Shown: piece by piece, positions 37,390 to 45,406 of the stretch
How positions within the stretch are numbered: position 1 is the first letter of the stretch
How the letters are laid out: every line of letters starts with the position of its first letter
From: Candidatus Avispirillum faecium
GTDB lineage: Bacteria > Bacillota > Clostridia > Oscillospirales > CAG-272
NCBI GenBank assembly: GCA_904396155.1
Contig: CAJFOI010000034.1
Span: 16,959-80,958, forward strand
Direction of reading: 5' to 3'
DNA length: 64,000 nt
Program-made: the position numbers and the translations under genes
Notes under the pieces: model-generated
Told to the model about the DNA's origin: nothing
What the model saw: only the letters and a program-made list of their open reading frames with translations
Databases searched by the model: none

Positions 37390-39042
37390 CTACGAGGTAA
37401 TGATGTCCCTGGCAGATCCACCGGGAGGGATCATGGGGAGCACTTTTTCGTCTATATCGATGGGGCACACGATCACTGTGGGCCCATTGTCCAAAGTATT
37501 TTGCAGGGCGCTTTCCAGTTCCTGTATATTTGTAGCATAGCAACCCACTCCACCGAAGGCACTGGCCAGAGCGGCAAAATCCGTTTTGCGGTCCAGCGTC
37601 GTCTGGGAATAGCGTCCTCCGTAAAACATGGTCTGCCACTGGCGCACCATGCCCAGGGTCCCGTTTTGGAGAACGATGATGGTGATGGGAAGCTGCTGCG
37701 TCACGGCGGTGGCCAGCTCGATCAGATTCATGCCGAAGCTGCCGTCGCTGGTAAAGAGAACCGTTTTTCTGCCGCCTGCCGCGATACATCCGCCGATGGC
37801 GGCGCCCAGCCCGTAGCCCATCGTGCCCAGCCCGCCGGAGGTGAGCTGGGTACGGGGACGGGTGAAGGGATAATACTGCATGGTCCACATCTGGTGCTGT
37901 CCTACATCTGTAGCGATCAATGTATCGTCGCTGCAGAAGCGACTGACCGTTTCGATGATATTTTTTGGGGTGAACCCGTCTGGAGCCTGCACAGTCTGCT
38001 GTTTCTTCAACTGGTCTACGTACTGGAGCCAGGCGGCGTTTTCTCTCTGGGGCAGAATTTCCAGCAACTTTTGCAGCACGGCCTTAATATCTCCGCAGAT
38101 GCCGATGTTTGCGGAGATGTTCTTATCGATTTCCGACAGGTCGATATCTATGTGAAGGATGGTTCTGTTTTTCGTATAGGCTTCGGGATCCCCGGTGGCC
38201 CGTTCAGAAAAACGAACGCCCAGCGCAATGATCAAATCGCTTTTTGCTTCGGTCATTGCTGCTGCATATGTGCCGTGCATGCCGCACATCCCAAGATTCA
38301 GCGGATCGTCGGCGGGCAGTGCCGTAATTCCCATCATGCTCAGGCCCACCGGAGCACAGATGCGACGGGAAAGCTTTAGAAGCTCCGTTTCTGCGCCGGA
38401 AGCAACGACGCCGCCCCCGGCGTAGATATAGGGCCGCTCAGAGCGAGCGATGGCCTCTGCTGCCTTTTCTATATCTTTGGATATCTGCACCACCGGCACC
38501 TCTGCATCTGCCGGTGTCAGACCCTGGTAATCACAGATTTCTGTCTGGATGTTTCTCGGTATGTCTACCAAAACCGGTCCCTTTCGGCCGCTTCCGGCAA
38601 TGCGAAAGGCTTCATGGAGCGTAAACTCCAACTCCCGGATATCCCGCACCACAAAGTTGTGCTTTACAACGGGTTGGGTAATTCCCACAATGTCTACTTC
38701 CTGGAAGCTGTCTTTTCCCAGGAGGGGGACGTCTACGTTTCCGGTAATAGCTACCAATGGTATACTGTCCAAATAAGCGTTGGCGATCCCGGTGACGATG
38801 TTTGTGGCTCCAGGTCCGCTTGTGGTGATGACTACGCCGATTTTTCCCGATGCGCGCGCATATCCGTCTGCGGCGTGGGCGGCACCCTGTTCGTGGGCGG
38901 TAATGACGTGGCTTATGCGGTGTGCGTTTTGGTATAACGCATCATACAGGGGCAGCACGGCGCTGCCCGGATATCCAAACACAGTGGTCACTCCGTGGGC
39001 GCATAGCTGTTCTATGATGATTTGTGCTCCGCTTTTTTTCAC
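37390..39042 (-). CDS. ilvB: acetolactate synthase large (catalytic) subunit
   Basis: ThDP/FAD enzyme motifs (GYPGSAVLPLYDAL, GGLGTMGYGLGAAIG, GDGSFGMN). GTG start at 39042 sits 7 nt after GGGAGG. The longer ORF starting at 39126 overlaps the leader and terminator. Confidence 0.93.
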   Translation of the reverse strand: MKKSGAQIIIEQLCAHGVTTVFGYPGSAVLPLYDALYQNAHRISHVITAHEQGAAHAADGYARASGKIGVVITTSGPGATNIVTGIANAYLDSIPLVAITGNVDVPLLGKDSFQEVDIVGITQPVVKHNFVVRDIRELEFTLHEAFRIAGSGRKGPVLVDIPRNIQTEICDYQGLTPADAEVPVVQISKDIEKAAEAIARSERPYIYAGGGVVASGAETELLKLSRRICAPVGLSMMGITALPADDPLNLGMCGMHGTYAAAMTEAKSDLIIALGVRFSERATGDPEAYTKNRTILHIDIDLSEIDKNISANIGICGDIKAVLQKLLEILPQRENAAWLQYVDQLKKQQTVQAPDGFTPKNIIETVSRFCSDDTLIATDVGQHQMWTMQYYPFTRPRTQLTSGGLGTMGYGLGAAIGGCIAAGGRKTVLFTSDGSFGMNLIELATAVTQQLPITIIVLQNGTLGMVRQWQTMFYGGRYSQTTLDRKTDFAALASAFGGVGCYATNIQELESALQNTLDNGPTVIVCPIDIDEKVLPMIPPGGSARDIITS

Positions 39043-39057
39043 GTAAAATCCTCCCGT

Positions 39058-39090
39058 AAGAAAACCCCCTGCAGCAATTGCTGCAGGGGG
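39058..39090 (-). terminator. intrinsic terminator in the ilvB leader (candidate attenuator)
   Basis: On the minus strand: CCCCCTGCAGC-AATT-GCTGCAGGGGG followed by TTTTCTT. It ends about 20 nt before the ilvB ribosome-binding site. Confidence 0.75.
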
Positions 39091-39112
39091 CGGATTTTCT
39101 TTCTGCCCGCAG

Positions 39113-39187
39113 TCAGCACAATACAAGGCAACCTTGTGATACGCAGAGCATCATGCTGACGGCCACGATTGCGCTGCATTTTGTCAT
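39113..39187 (-). CDS. candidate 24-aa ilv leader peptide MTKCSAIVAVSMMLCVSQGCLVLC
   Basis: ATG preceded by AAAGGA at 7 nt. Located between the promoter and the terminator. 8 of 24 codons are Ile/Val/Leu. Confidence 0.35.
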   Translation of the reverse strand: MTKCSAIVAVSMMLCVSQGCLVLC

Positions 39188-39214
39188 GGCGGCGTCCTTT
39201 TGACGATTTTCTTC

Positions 39215-39243
39215 ATCATAGCACAGGCATTCCAGCTTGTCAA
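39215..39243 (-). promoter_or_regulatory. sigma-70-type promoter of the ilvB leader
   Basis: On the minus strand: TTGACA (39243-39238), 17-nt spacer, TATGAT (39220-39215), preceded by TGC (extended -10). Confidence 0.7.
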
Positions 39244-39329
39244 TCGGCATTTTCCACATATCTTGCTTTTATGCGCGCGTATGGATACAATACATGGAGA
39301 GGATCCAATAAGAAAAGAGGTACTGCAAA

Positions 39330-39809
39330 ATGAGAAGAGAAGACAGGCAAGTGACCGATCTTGGAGAAATATGTGCTGTTTTGGACACCTGTAAGGTCTG
39401 CCATGTGGCCATGCGGGATGATACAGAAGAATATGTCGTTCCCCTAAACTATGGATATACCATGGAGAACGGTACTCTTACTTTCTATTTTCACAGCGCT
39501 CTGGAGGGACGAAAAATCGATATTTTGCAAAAAAGGAGCGATGTTTGCCTTGCGATCACCAAAGAGGGTACACTTCTTCCGGGGGCTTCTCCCTGCGCAT
39601 ATGGATGCGCTTTTTTCAGTGTGATCGGCTGGGGAAGGGTAGAGTTTATCGAAGCGGAAGAGGAGAAGTGCCATGCTTTGTCGGTGCTGTTCCGACATCA
39701 AACGGGACAGCAGGTTCCATTTACAAAGGAGCAGACAAAATCTGTGTGCATATATAAAATTGTTTGTACCAGGTATACGGCAAAGCAAAGGACTGCGCCT
39801 GGGATATGA
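39330..39809 (+). CDS. pyridoxamine 5'-phosphate oxidase-family FMN-binding protein
   Basis: MRREDRQVTD...CHVAM...PLNYGY...FHSA is the typical pattern of the PNPOx-like / nitroimidazole-reductase-like family. Confidence 0.75.
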   Translation: MRREDRQVTDLGEICAVLDTCKVCHVAMRDDTEEYVVPLNYGYTMENGTLTFYFHSALEGRKIDILQKRSDVCLAITKEGTLLPGASPCAYGCAFFSVIGWGRVEFIEAEEEKCHALSVLFRHQTGQQVPFTKEQTKSVCIYKIVCTRYTAKQRTAPGI

Positions 39810-39827
39810 ATTTTTGCAGCTTTGTTT

Positions 39828-40619
39828 TTATTTCAGCAGTGTTTCATAAGTGAAATGTCTATAAGATCTGCGCATCATCCAAACTGCCACAGCAGCACAG
39901 AGAATGCCGAATATCAGGAGAATCCATATGCTGAGCAGCAGCAGCCCGGAAAATTGAGCCGCTGCCAGAATAATTACGGGAAGCACGAGAAAGGCACCCC
40001 GTTGCTGGGCTTCCTCTACGGTCTGTGCTTTGGCCGAACCCTGTACGATCAAGGTGATTGCAAGCAGGGAAACGGCCGGAGACACCAACAGGAGCAGCAC
40101 GATCCAGTTGACACTGGGAAGGATGAAGTGCTCCATGAGAAAGAAACTTTCCGCCTCTGCCACAAAAAGCATGGCGGCGAAAGAAAGGAGGGAAACGGCC
40201 ATGGACAGCAGAAATGCGGCCAGAATTTTTGCATAGAAAATCTGCCGCAGGGACATGGGAGAGAGCAACAGTGTTTCCAGAGTTCGCTTTTCCTTTTCTC
40301 CTACAAAGGAGCTTGCCGCCATCACGGAAGCGGCCATGATGGGGATCATCAAAAAGAAGAGGGGAAGCATACTGTTGAAGATCAGGTCTGCGACAGTTCC
40401 TCTTAATTCTGCTGCCGACAGGTTTGCGGGCAGCAGCGTGGCAAGAGACTGGAGCTCATCTGACTCTAAAGGAGCAAAGGCGATGACGCAGATAAGTATG
40501 GTAGGCAACAGTATTGTCATTACAAGGGGAACGATCCATAAAGCAGCCAAAAGACGCCGGTTGGCGGTAATAGCGCGAATATCCTTTCGGATCAGCGCTT
40601 TTTCCATAGACCGTTTCAT
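39828..40619 (-). CDS. ABC-2 type transporter permease
   Basis: 263 aa, polytopic. ATGA overlap with the upstream ATPase stop. Ribosome-binding site GGAGG. The ORF-track extension to 40964 is rejected. Confidence 0.8.
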   Translation of the reverse strand: MKRSMEKALIRKDIRAITANRRLLAALWIVPLVMTILLPTILICVIAFAPLESDELQSLATLLPANLSAAELRGTVADLIFNSMLPLFFLMIPIMAASVMAASSFVGEKEKRTLETLLLSPMSLRQIFYAKILAAFLLSMAVSLLSFAAMLFVAEAESFFLMEHFILPSVNWIVLLLLVSPAVSLLAITLIVQGSAKAQTVEEAQQRGAFLVLPVIILAAAQFSGLLLLSIWILLIFGILCAAVAVWMMRRSYRHFTYETLLK

Positions 40620-41536
40620 TGTGAGACCTCCTGCTTTGAGGCATTTTCTAAAAAGTGAAAGTATATCTCTTCCAGGGTAAGTTCCCTGGCGGACACGTGA
40701 TACACATTCCCGCCTGCTGCAACGATCGCCCTGACGATCTCTGGGATCTCCTTTTCCTCTGATACGGAAATTGTGTAGACGTCTCCCTCCTTGCTTTGCA
40801 GGCCCAGATCTGCCGGGACCCGATCTGCCTGAATGGTGACGGGGATCGTTGAAGTGGTGCGGGAGCGCAGCTCCTGGAGTGTTCCGACTGTCAAGAGACG
40901 TCCCCTGTCTACCAGGCCGTAGCAGGTGCATATTTCCTGGGCATAGCGCAGCTGGTGCGTACACAGAAATACGGTAGTGCCCGCTTCCTTTGCCAGTCGG
41001 CGGATCAGCTCGTTTACGCTTCTTGCACTTTCCGGGTCCAGTCCTGAAGTGGGTTCATCCAAAAACAAAATTTTTGGGCTGTGGAGCATCGCTCTGGCCA
41101 GAGAAAGCCGCTGACGCATACCGGTGGAATAGGTGGAAAGCTTTTGATCTGCCGCATTTGTCAGATCGAGCTGCTCCAGCAGTTCCTGCGCCCGTCGTTT
41201 TCCTTCTCTTTCCGGCATGGCAAATACAGCGGCGTAAAACAGCAGATTGTCCATCCCGGTCATGTTGTCGTACATCTGCGCGTGCTCTGTGACAAATCCC
41301 GATATGCTGTGGACTGCTGCGGGATCTTTTGCCGGATCCAGATCCAATACGCGGCAAGTACCGCCGGTGGGTGTGAGCATCCCGCCCAAAAGTTTTACCG
41401 TTGTCGTTTTTCCGGCTCCGTTTGGCCCCAGAAAACCAAAGATTTCCCCTGGATTCAGAGAAAAGGACACCCCGTCCAGGGCTGTTTTTTCGGGAGTGTA
41501 TTTTTTTGTCAGGCGTTCTGCTGTGACTGCCTTCAT
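40616..41536 (-). CDS. ABC transporter ATP-binding protein
   Basis: GPNGAGKTT, STGMRQRLSLARA, ILFLDEPTSGLD. Start at MKAVTAERL with AAAGGAG 6 nt upstream. Confidence 0.92.
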   Translation of the reverse strand: MKAVTAERLTKKYTPEKTALDGVSFSLNPGEIFGFLGPNGAGKTTTVKLLGGMLTPTGGTCRVLDLDPAKDPAAVHSISGFVTEHAQMYDNMTGMDNLLFYAAVFAMPEREGKRRAQELLEQLDLTNAADQKLSTYSTGMRQRLSLARAMLHSPKILFLDEPTSGLDPESARSVNELIRRLAKEAGTTVFLCTHQLRYAQEICTCYGLVDRGRLLTVGTLQELRSRTTSTIPVTIQADRVPADLGLQSKEGDVYTISVSEEKEIPEIVRAIVAAGGNVYHVSARELTLEEIYFHFLENASKQEVSQ

Positions 41537-41591
41537 ACCATGCTCCTTTGAGAATTTTATACATTGTAGCACAGATTCTGCGTGGGTGCAA

Positions 41592-41620
41592 TTGTTTTTT
41601 TTCGCTGCTTATGGTACAAT
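41592..41620 (+). promoter_or_regulatory. candidate promoter for the 41652 gene
   Basis: Extended -10 TGGTACAAT (41612-41620) with weak -35 TTGTTT (41592-41597), 17-nt spacer. Confidence 0.4.
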
Positions 41621-41651
41621 AAACAAAAGGAAAATTCCGGAGGCGAGGGAG

Positions 41652-42971
41652 ATGAAAAAGAGTCGGCTTTTGCCCATCGCATTTTGTTTGTGCATGTTCC
41701 TGGGCCTCGGGGCCTTCTGCCTTCTGGCGCATATGGAAGTTTTGACGCGGCAGGAGGAAGAGACAGAGCTGGATCGGCGCATCGCGGAAGGTACTCCTGA
41801 GGTGTTTGTCAATGCTGCAGCCCAGCGGGACTTTGATATATACTTGAACTGGGGCCCGACCAGCGAGTGGGACGACGCCTTGTATTCCGTTGTTGCTCCG
41901 GAAGGATTTTTGCTGAGCAGTTATTCAAAATACTGGGATGAGGCAAAATTGCAAAGTTTGTACGAGGAACTGCTGCGCAACAAGCACGGAGAGGAAATCA
42001 ACTATTTGGAAGAAGTGACGGTGTATCCGGAAGAAAATGAGAATGCCCTGGCATCTCACACCACTTCCACGGATACGCTGCTGCTTACCCCCCATTTCCC
42101 GGCACTGCAGGGATTTTCCGTTTCCCTCTCCCGGGACACAGGAATCATCAGCCTCTATGGCGGAGATACTGTCCGCACCGTGGAGGGGATGGCAAGAACG
42201 CTCTCGCACGAGTATGGGCACCACTTTGTCTCCTACTATATGTTTGATGATTTTTCGGATGCGGATGCGGAAGATGTGAAGGCATACATCCGCCTGCGGG
42301 GATTGCCGGAGGACAAAGTTCTGCGGCGCAGCGAGGATGGCAAACAGTATCTGGATATGCACTACTGGTATGTGGGAGAGATCGCCGCGGAGGATTATGT
42401 GCTTCTCATGGGTTCTCCCGCCACCCGGCAGGTGGTGGATTTCTACGATGTGCGGGATGTGTTGTACGGCGCCGTACAGCCGGATTCTTCCGAGATGAAC
42501 GGTGCAATGAACCTGTATCCTCAGGAAAATTTGATGATTTCCTTCGCGCCGGACGTGGCTGGGCTAAAGGAGTATTTTTACAGCTTTATCGATGAAACGC
42601 CCGCTCCTACGCCGCAAACGCCATCTTTTGATCTGCGTATAGAGCAGGACAGCGTAGGGTATCAGCTGGAGGATGGGTATGAAGTATTTGTGCACTATAA
42701 AATCCGGTGGAACAAGCCTTACACCGAACCGGGCACAGTATACACGCTGCTGTGCTATGACACGGAGGAATACGGAATCATCCCCATAAAGACAGTGCGC
42801 GACGACCAGCAGGCGCTGGCTTATATCGGAACGGTGACGGCGGATTACGGCAACAGCATATCTTATGCGGCGGATCTTTTGGATACCGGCACCAAGGTTT
42901 TTCATGTTTGCGCCGTGCTGCCGGACGGAACGGTGACGCTGTCCCAGCCGCTGACCTATACCTTTGACTGA
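41652..42971 (+). CDS. membrane-anchored/secreted protein with an HExxH zinc-metalloprotease motif, hypothetical
   Basis: Signal/anchor sequence MKKSRLLPIAFCLCMFLGLGAFCLLA. HEYGHH motif in TLSHEYGHHFVSYYMF. I do not recognise any family. Confidence 0.65.
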   Translation: MKKSRLLPIAFCLCMFLGLGAFCLLAHMEVLTRQEEETELDRRIAEGTPEVFVNAAAQRDFDIYLNWGPTSEWDDALYSVVAPEGFLLSSYSKYWDEAKLQSLYEELLRNKHGEEINYLEEVTVYPEENENALASHTTSTDTLLLTPHFPALQGFSVSLSRDTGIISLYGGDTVRTVEGMARTLSHEYGHHFVSYYMFDDFSDADAEDVKAYIRLRGLPEDKVLRRSEDGKQYLDMHYWYVGEIAAEDYVLLMGSPATRQVVDFYDVRDVLYGAVQPDSSEMNGAMNLYPQENLMISFAPDVAGLKEYFYSFIDETPAPTPQTPSFDLRIEQDSVGYQLEDGYEVFVHYKIRWNKPYTEPGTVYTLLCYDTEEYGIIPIKTVRDDQQALAYIGTVTADYGNSISYAADLLDTGTKVFHVCAVLPDGTVTLSQPLTYTFD

Positions 42972-42981
42972 CGGGGGCCAT

Positions 42982-43797
42982 ATGAAAAAGAGATTTTGTT
43001 TGTTCTTGGCGCTGCTTGCCGTCTTTCTCCTTTCCGGGTGTGTGCGGGGTACGGTCTCCTGCGGTATAGATAAAGACAGACAGGCGTTTTTGCGCTACGA
43101 GGCCCAGGTGGACCTTTCCGAGATGCCGCAGGCGTACAGGGAAGCGGTGACGCAGGCGGTGGACGACCTGGCGGAGGAGTACGCTGCGCTGGATTTTACC
43201 GTTGCGCGGGAGGATGCAGAGGACCGCATCCTGCTGGAGATGGAGCGAAGGGTGCAGGGAGACTCTTATGCGGACGCTTTCGAGGCACTCCGGGAGCTGT
43301 TGACAAATGAAGAGATCACTCCTTTTGTCCAGGTGGAAATGAGGGAGGAGCATACAGATCGGGAACAGTATTTTTCCATTGCTGCACAGGCGGACGGGGA
43401 GAGCATTGTAAAAACGGTCCGTGCCGAAGAATTGCCGGCGGACCTGCGAAAGACCGTTGCCGCATGGGTGGAGGATTCCGCTGTCACCTTTTCCGTGGAA
43501 CTGCCGGGACATACATACACCTCAACAGGAGAGGTGACGGTAGAATCGGACGATATCTGCCGGGTAACAGTTCCCATGGAGCTGGACGGACAGACAGGCA
43601 TAGATCTCACTACCCGATTTACTTTGGAGGATGGGAAAATTTCCGATACAACTTTGGATGCACAGATACAAAAATTTGCTCTGATCGGGAAAGTCCTTAT
43701 GGGGGTCATGGGCGTTTTCCTGGCGGCTGTGCTCATATTGGCGGTTTCTGGAATGGCAAAAGCCAGGCGGGCTGGGAGACACGGTGGCGCAAAATAG
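42982..43797 (+). CDS. lipoprotein with a C-terminal TM anchor, hypothetical
   Basis: Lipobox in MKKRFCLFLALLAVFLLSGC. C-terminal helix VLMGVMGVFLAAVLILAVSGM followed by a basic tail. Confidence 0.65.
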   Translation: MKKRFCLFLALLAVFLLSGCVRGTVSCGIDKDRQAFLRYEAQVDLSEMPQAYREAVTQAVDDLAEEYAALDFTVAREDAEDRILLEMERRVQGDSYADAFEALRELLTNEEITPFVQVEMREEHTDREQYFSIAAQADGESIVKTVRAEELPADLRKTVAAWVEDSAVTFSVELPGHTYTSTGEVTVESDDICRVTVPMELDGQTGIDLTTRFTLEDGKISDTTLDAQIQKFALIGKVLMGVMGVFLAAVLILAVSGMAKARRAGRHGGAK

Positions 43798-43807
43798 GTG
43801 CGTTTCC

Positions 43808-43836
43808 TTGATTTTTCCTCTTTTTTGCGATAGAAT
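43808..43836 (+). promoter_or_regulatory. sigma-70-type promoter for metF-metH
   Basis: TTGATT (43808-43813), 17-nt spacer, TAGAAT (43831-43836). Confidence 0.55.
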
Positions 43837-43865
43837 ACCTGTTAGATTTGAAAAGGAACATACAT

Positions 43866-44744
43866 ATGAAAATTGTAGACATTATTACAAAAAATACGCC
43901 TTCCCTTTCCTTTGAGGTTTTTCCTCCGAAAACGGAGACAACTTTTGACAATGTGAAGGCGGCGACGGAGGAGATCGCAAAGCTTTGTCCCTCCTTTATC
44001 AGCGTTACGTACGGCGCCGGCGGCGGAACAAGCAAGTATACGCTGGATATTGTCAAAAACATCAAACAGTCCTATGGAGTGCCCACGCTGGCCCATCTTA
44101 CCTGTGTCTCTTCCACCCGGGAGACAGTACGGCAGAAGATCGAAGAAATCAAGGCGGCGGGCGTGACCAACGTCATGGCTCTCAGAGGAGACATCCCGGA
44201 AGCGCTTGCAGACGCCGACCGCAGCGGCTGGGCATACCAGCATGCGGTGGACCTGATCCTGGAGCTGAAAGCGTCCGGGGCAGATTTTTGTATCGGCGGA
44301 GCATGTTATCCGGAGATACATCCGGAAAGTGCAAATCAAAAGGAAGATATCAAACGGCTGAAGGAAAAGGTGGACGCCGGATGCGATTTTTTGACAACGC
44401 AGATGTTTTTCGATAACAACCTGCTTTATAATTTTCTCTATAAGATTCGCGAGGCGGGGATCACTGTGCCGGTAATTCCCGGGATTATGCCCATCACAAA
44501 TGCAAACCAGGTAGAGCGGGCCATAAAGCTCTCCGGCTCCTATATGCCGCAGCGATTCAAAAGCTTGGTAGATAAGTTTGGTGCCGATCCGGCGGCCATG
44601 AAGCAGGCGGGAATTGCCTATGCCACTGATCAGATCATCGATCTGTATGCGAACGGGATTGCCGATGTCCACGTGTATTCCATGAACAAGCCCGATGTGG
44701 CCGCGAAGATTCAGGGCAATCTGTCGGATATTTTGGGAAAATGA
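43866..44744 (+). CDS. metF: methylenetetrahydrofolate reductase
   Basis: SFEVFPPKT, SVTYGAGG, HLTCV, MALRGD and FCIGGACYPE are typical MetF motifs. Confidence 0.93.
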   Translation: MKIVDIITKNTPSLSFEVFPPKTETTFDNVKAATEEIAKLCPSFISVTYGAGGGTSKYTLDIVKNIKQSYGVPTLAHLTCVSSTRETVRQKIEEIKAAGVTNVMALRGDIPEALADADRSGWAYQHAVDLILELKASGADFCIGGACYPEIHPESANQKEDIKRLKEKVDAGCDFLTTQMFFDNNLLYNFLYKIREAGITVPVIPGIMPITNANQVERAIKLSGSYMPQRFKSLVDKFGADPAAMKQAGIAYATDQIIDLYANGIADVHVYSMNKPDVAAKIQGNLSDILGK

Positions 44745-45406
44745 GCGTGATTGTTTCTACATGGACATGTTCCTCCCCGCCTTTTTCCGAGGAGGAGGCG
44801 CTGCGCTATGCCGGATGCAGGGGAGCGGATGAGGGAATGCGGCGCCTGCTGCTGGATTGTGCGGCGCAGGCGGAGGAGCAGATGGCATACCGGGTTTGCT
44901 ATGGAGTGCTTTCTGTGTGCATCCAGGGAGACTGCTGTGATTTTGCAAACTTTTCCGTGTGCTCCCGTCAGCTGGCGAAAAATCTTGACGGGTGTACGTC
45001 TGTGCTTCTTTTTGGGGCAACCGTGGGAGTGGGAATCGACCGCCTGATCGCAAAATACGGAAGGATCTCTCCTGCAAGGGCGGTGATGCTCCAGGGGATC
45101 GGCGCTGAGCGGATTGAAGCGCTGTGCGACGCTTTTTGCAGGAATTACGCAGAGGGAAACGACGTGGGCCTTCGGCCCCGTTTCAGCCCAGGCTACGGAG
45201 ATCTGCCGCTGGAGGTGCAAAAGTCTGTTTTTGCCGTTTTGGACTGTCCGAGAAAGATCGGGCTCAGTCTAAGCGAAAGCCTTTTGATGTCTCCGTCCAA
45301 ATCGGTAACAGCTTTCGCGGGGATCACCCATAATAAAAGAAAAAGTGAAAATAACGGCTGTAGTTCTTGTGAAAATACAGGCTGCAGCTACAGGAGCGAG
45401 CAATGA
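44741..45406 (+). CDS. stand-alone vitamin B12-dependent methionine synthase activation (AdoMet-binding) domain protein
   Basis: RPRFSPGYGDLPLEVQKSVFAVLDCPRKIGLSLSESLLMSPSKSVTAFAGI matches the MetH reactivation domain. ATGA overlaps on both sides. Confidence 0.8.
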   Translation: MSVIVSTWTCSSPPFSEEEALRYAGCRGADEGMRRLLLDCAAQAEEQMAYRVCYGVLSVCIQGDCCDFANFSVCSRQLAKNLDGCTSVLLFGATVGVGIDRLIAKYGRISPARAVMLQGIGAERIEALCDAFCRNYAEGNDVGLRPRFSPGYGDLPLEVQKSVFAVLDCPRKIGLSLSESLLMSPSKSVTAFAGITHNKRKSENNGCSSCENTGCSYRSEQ

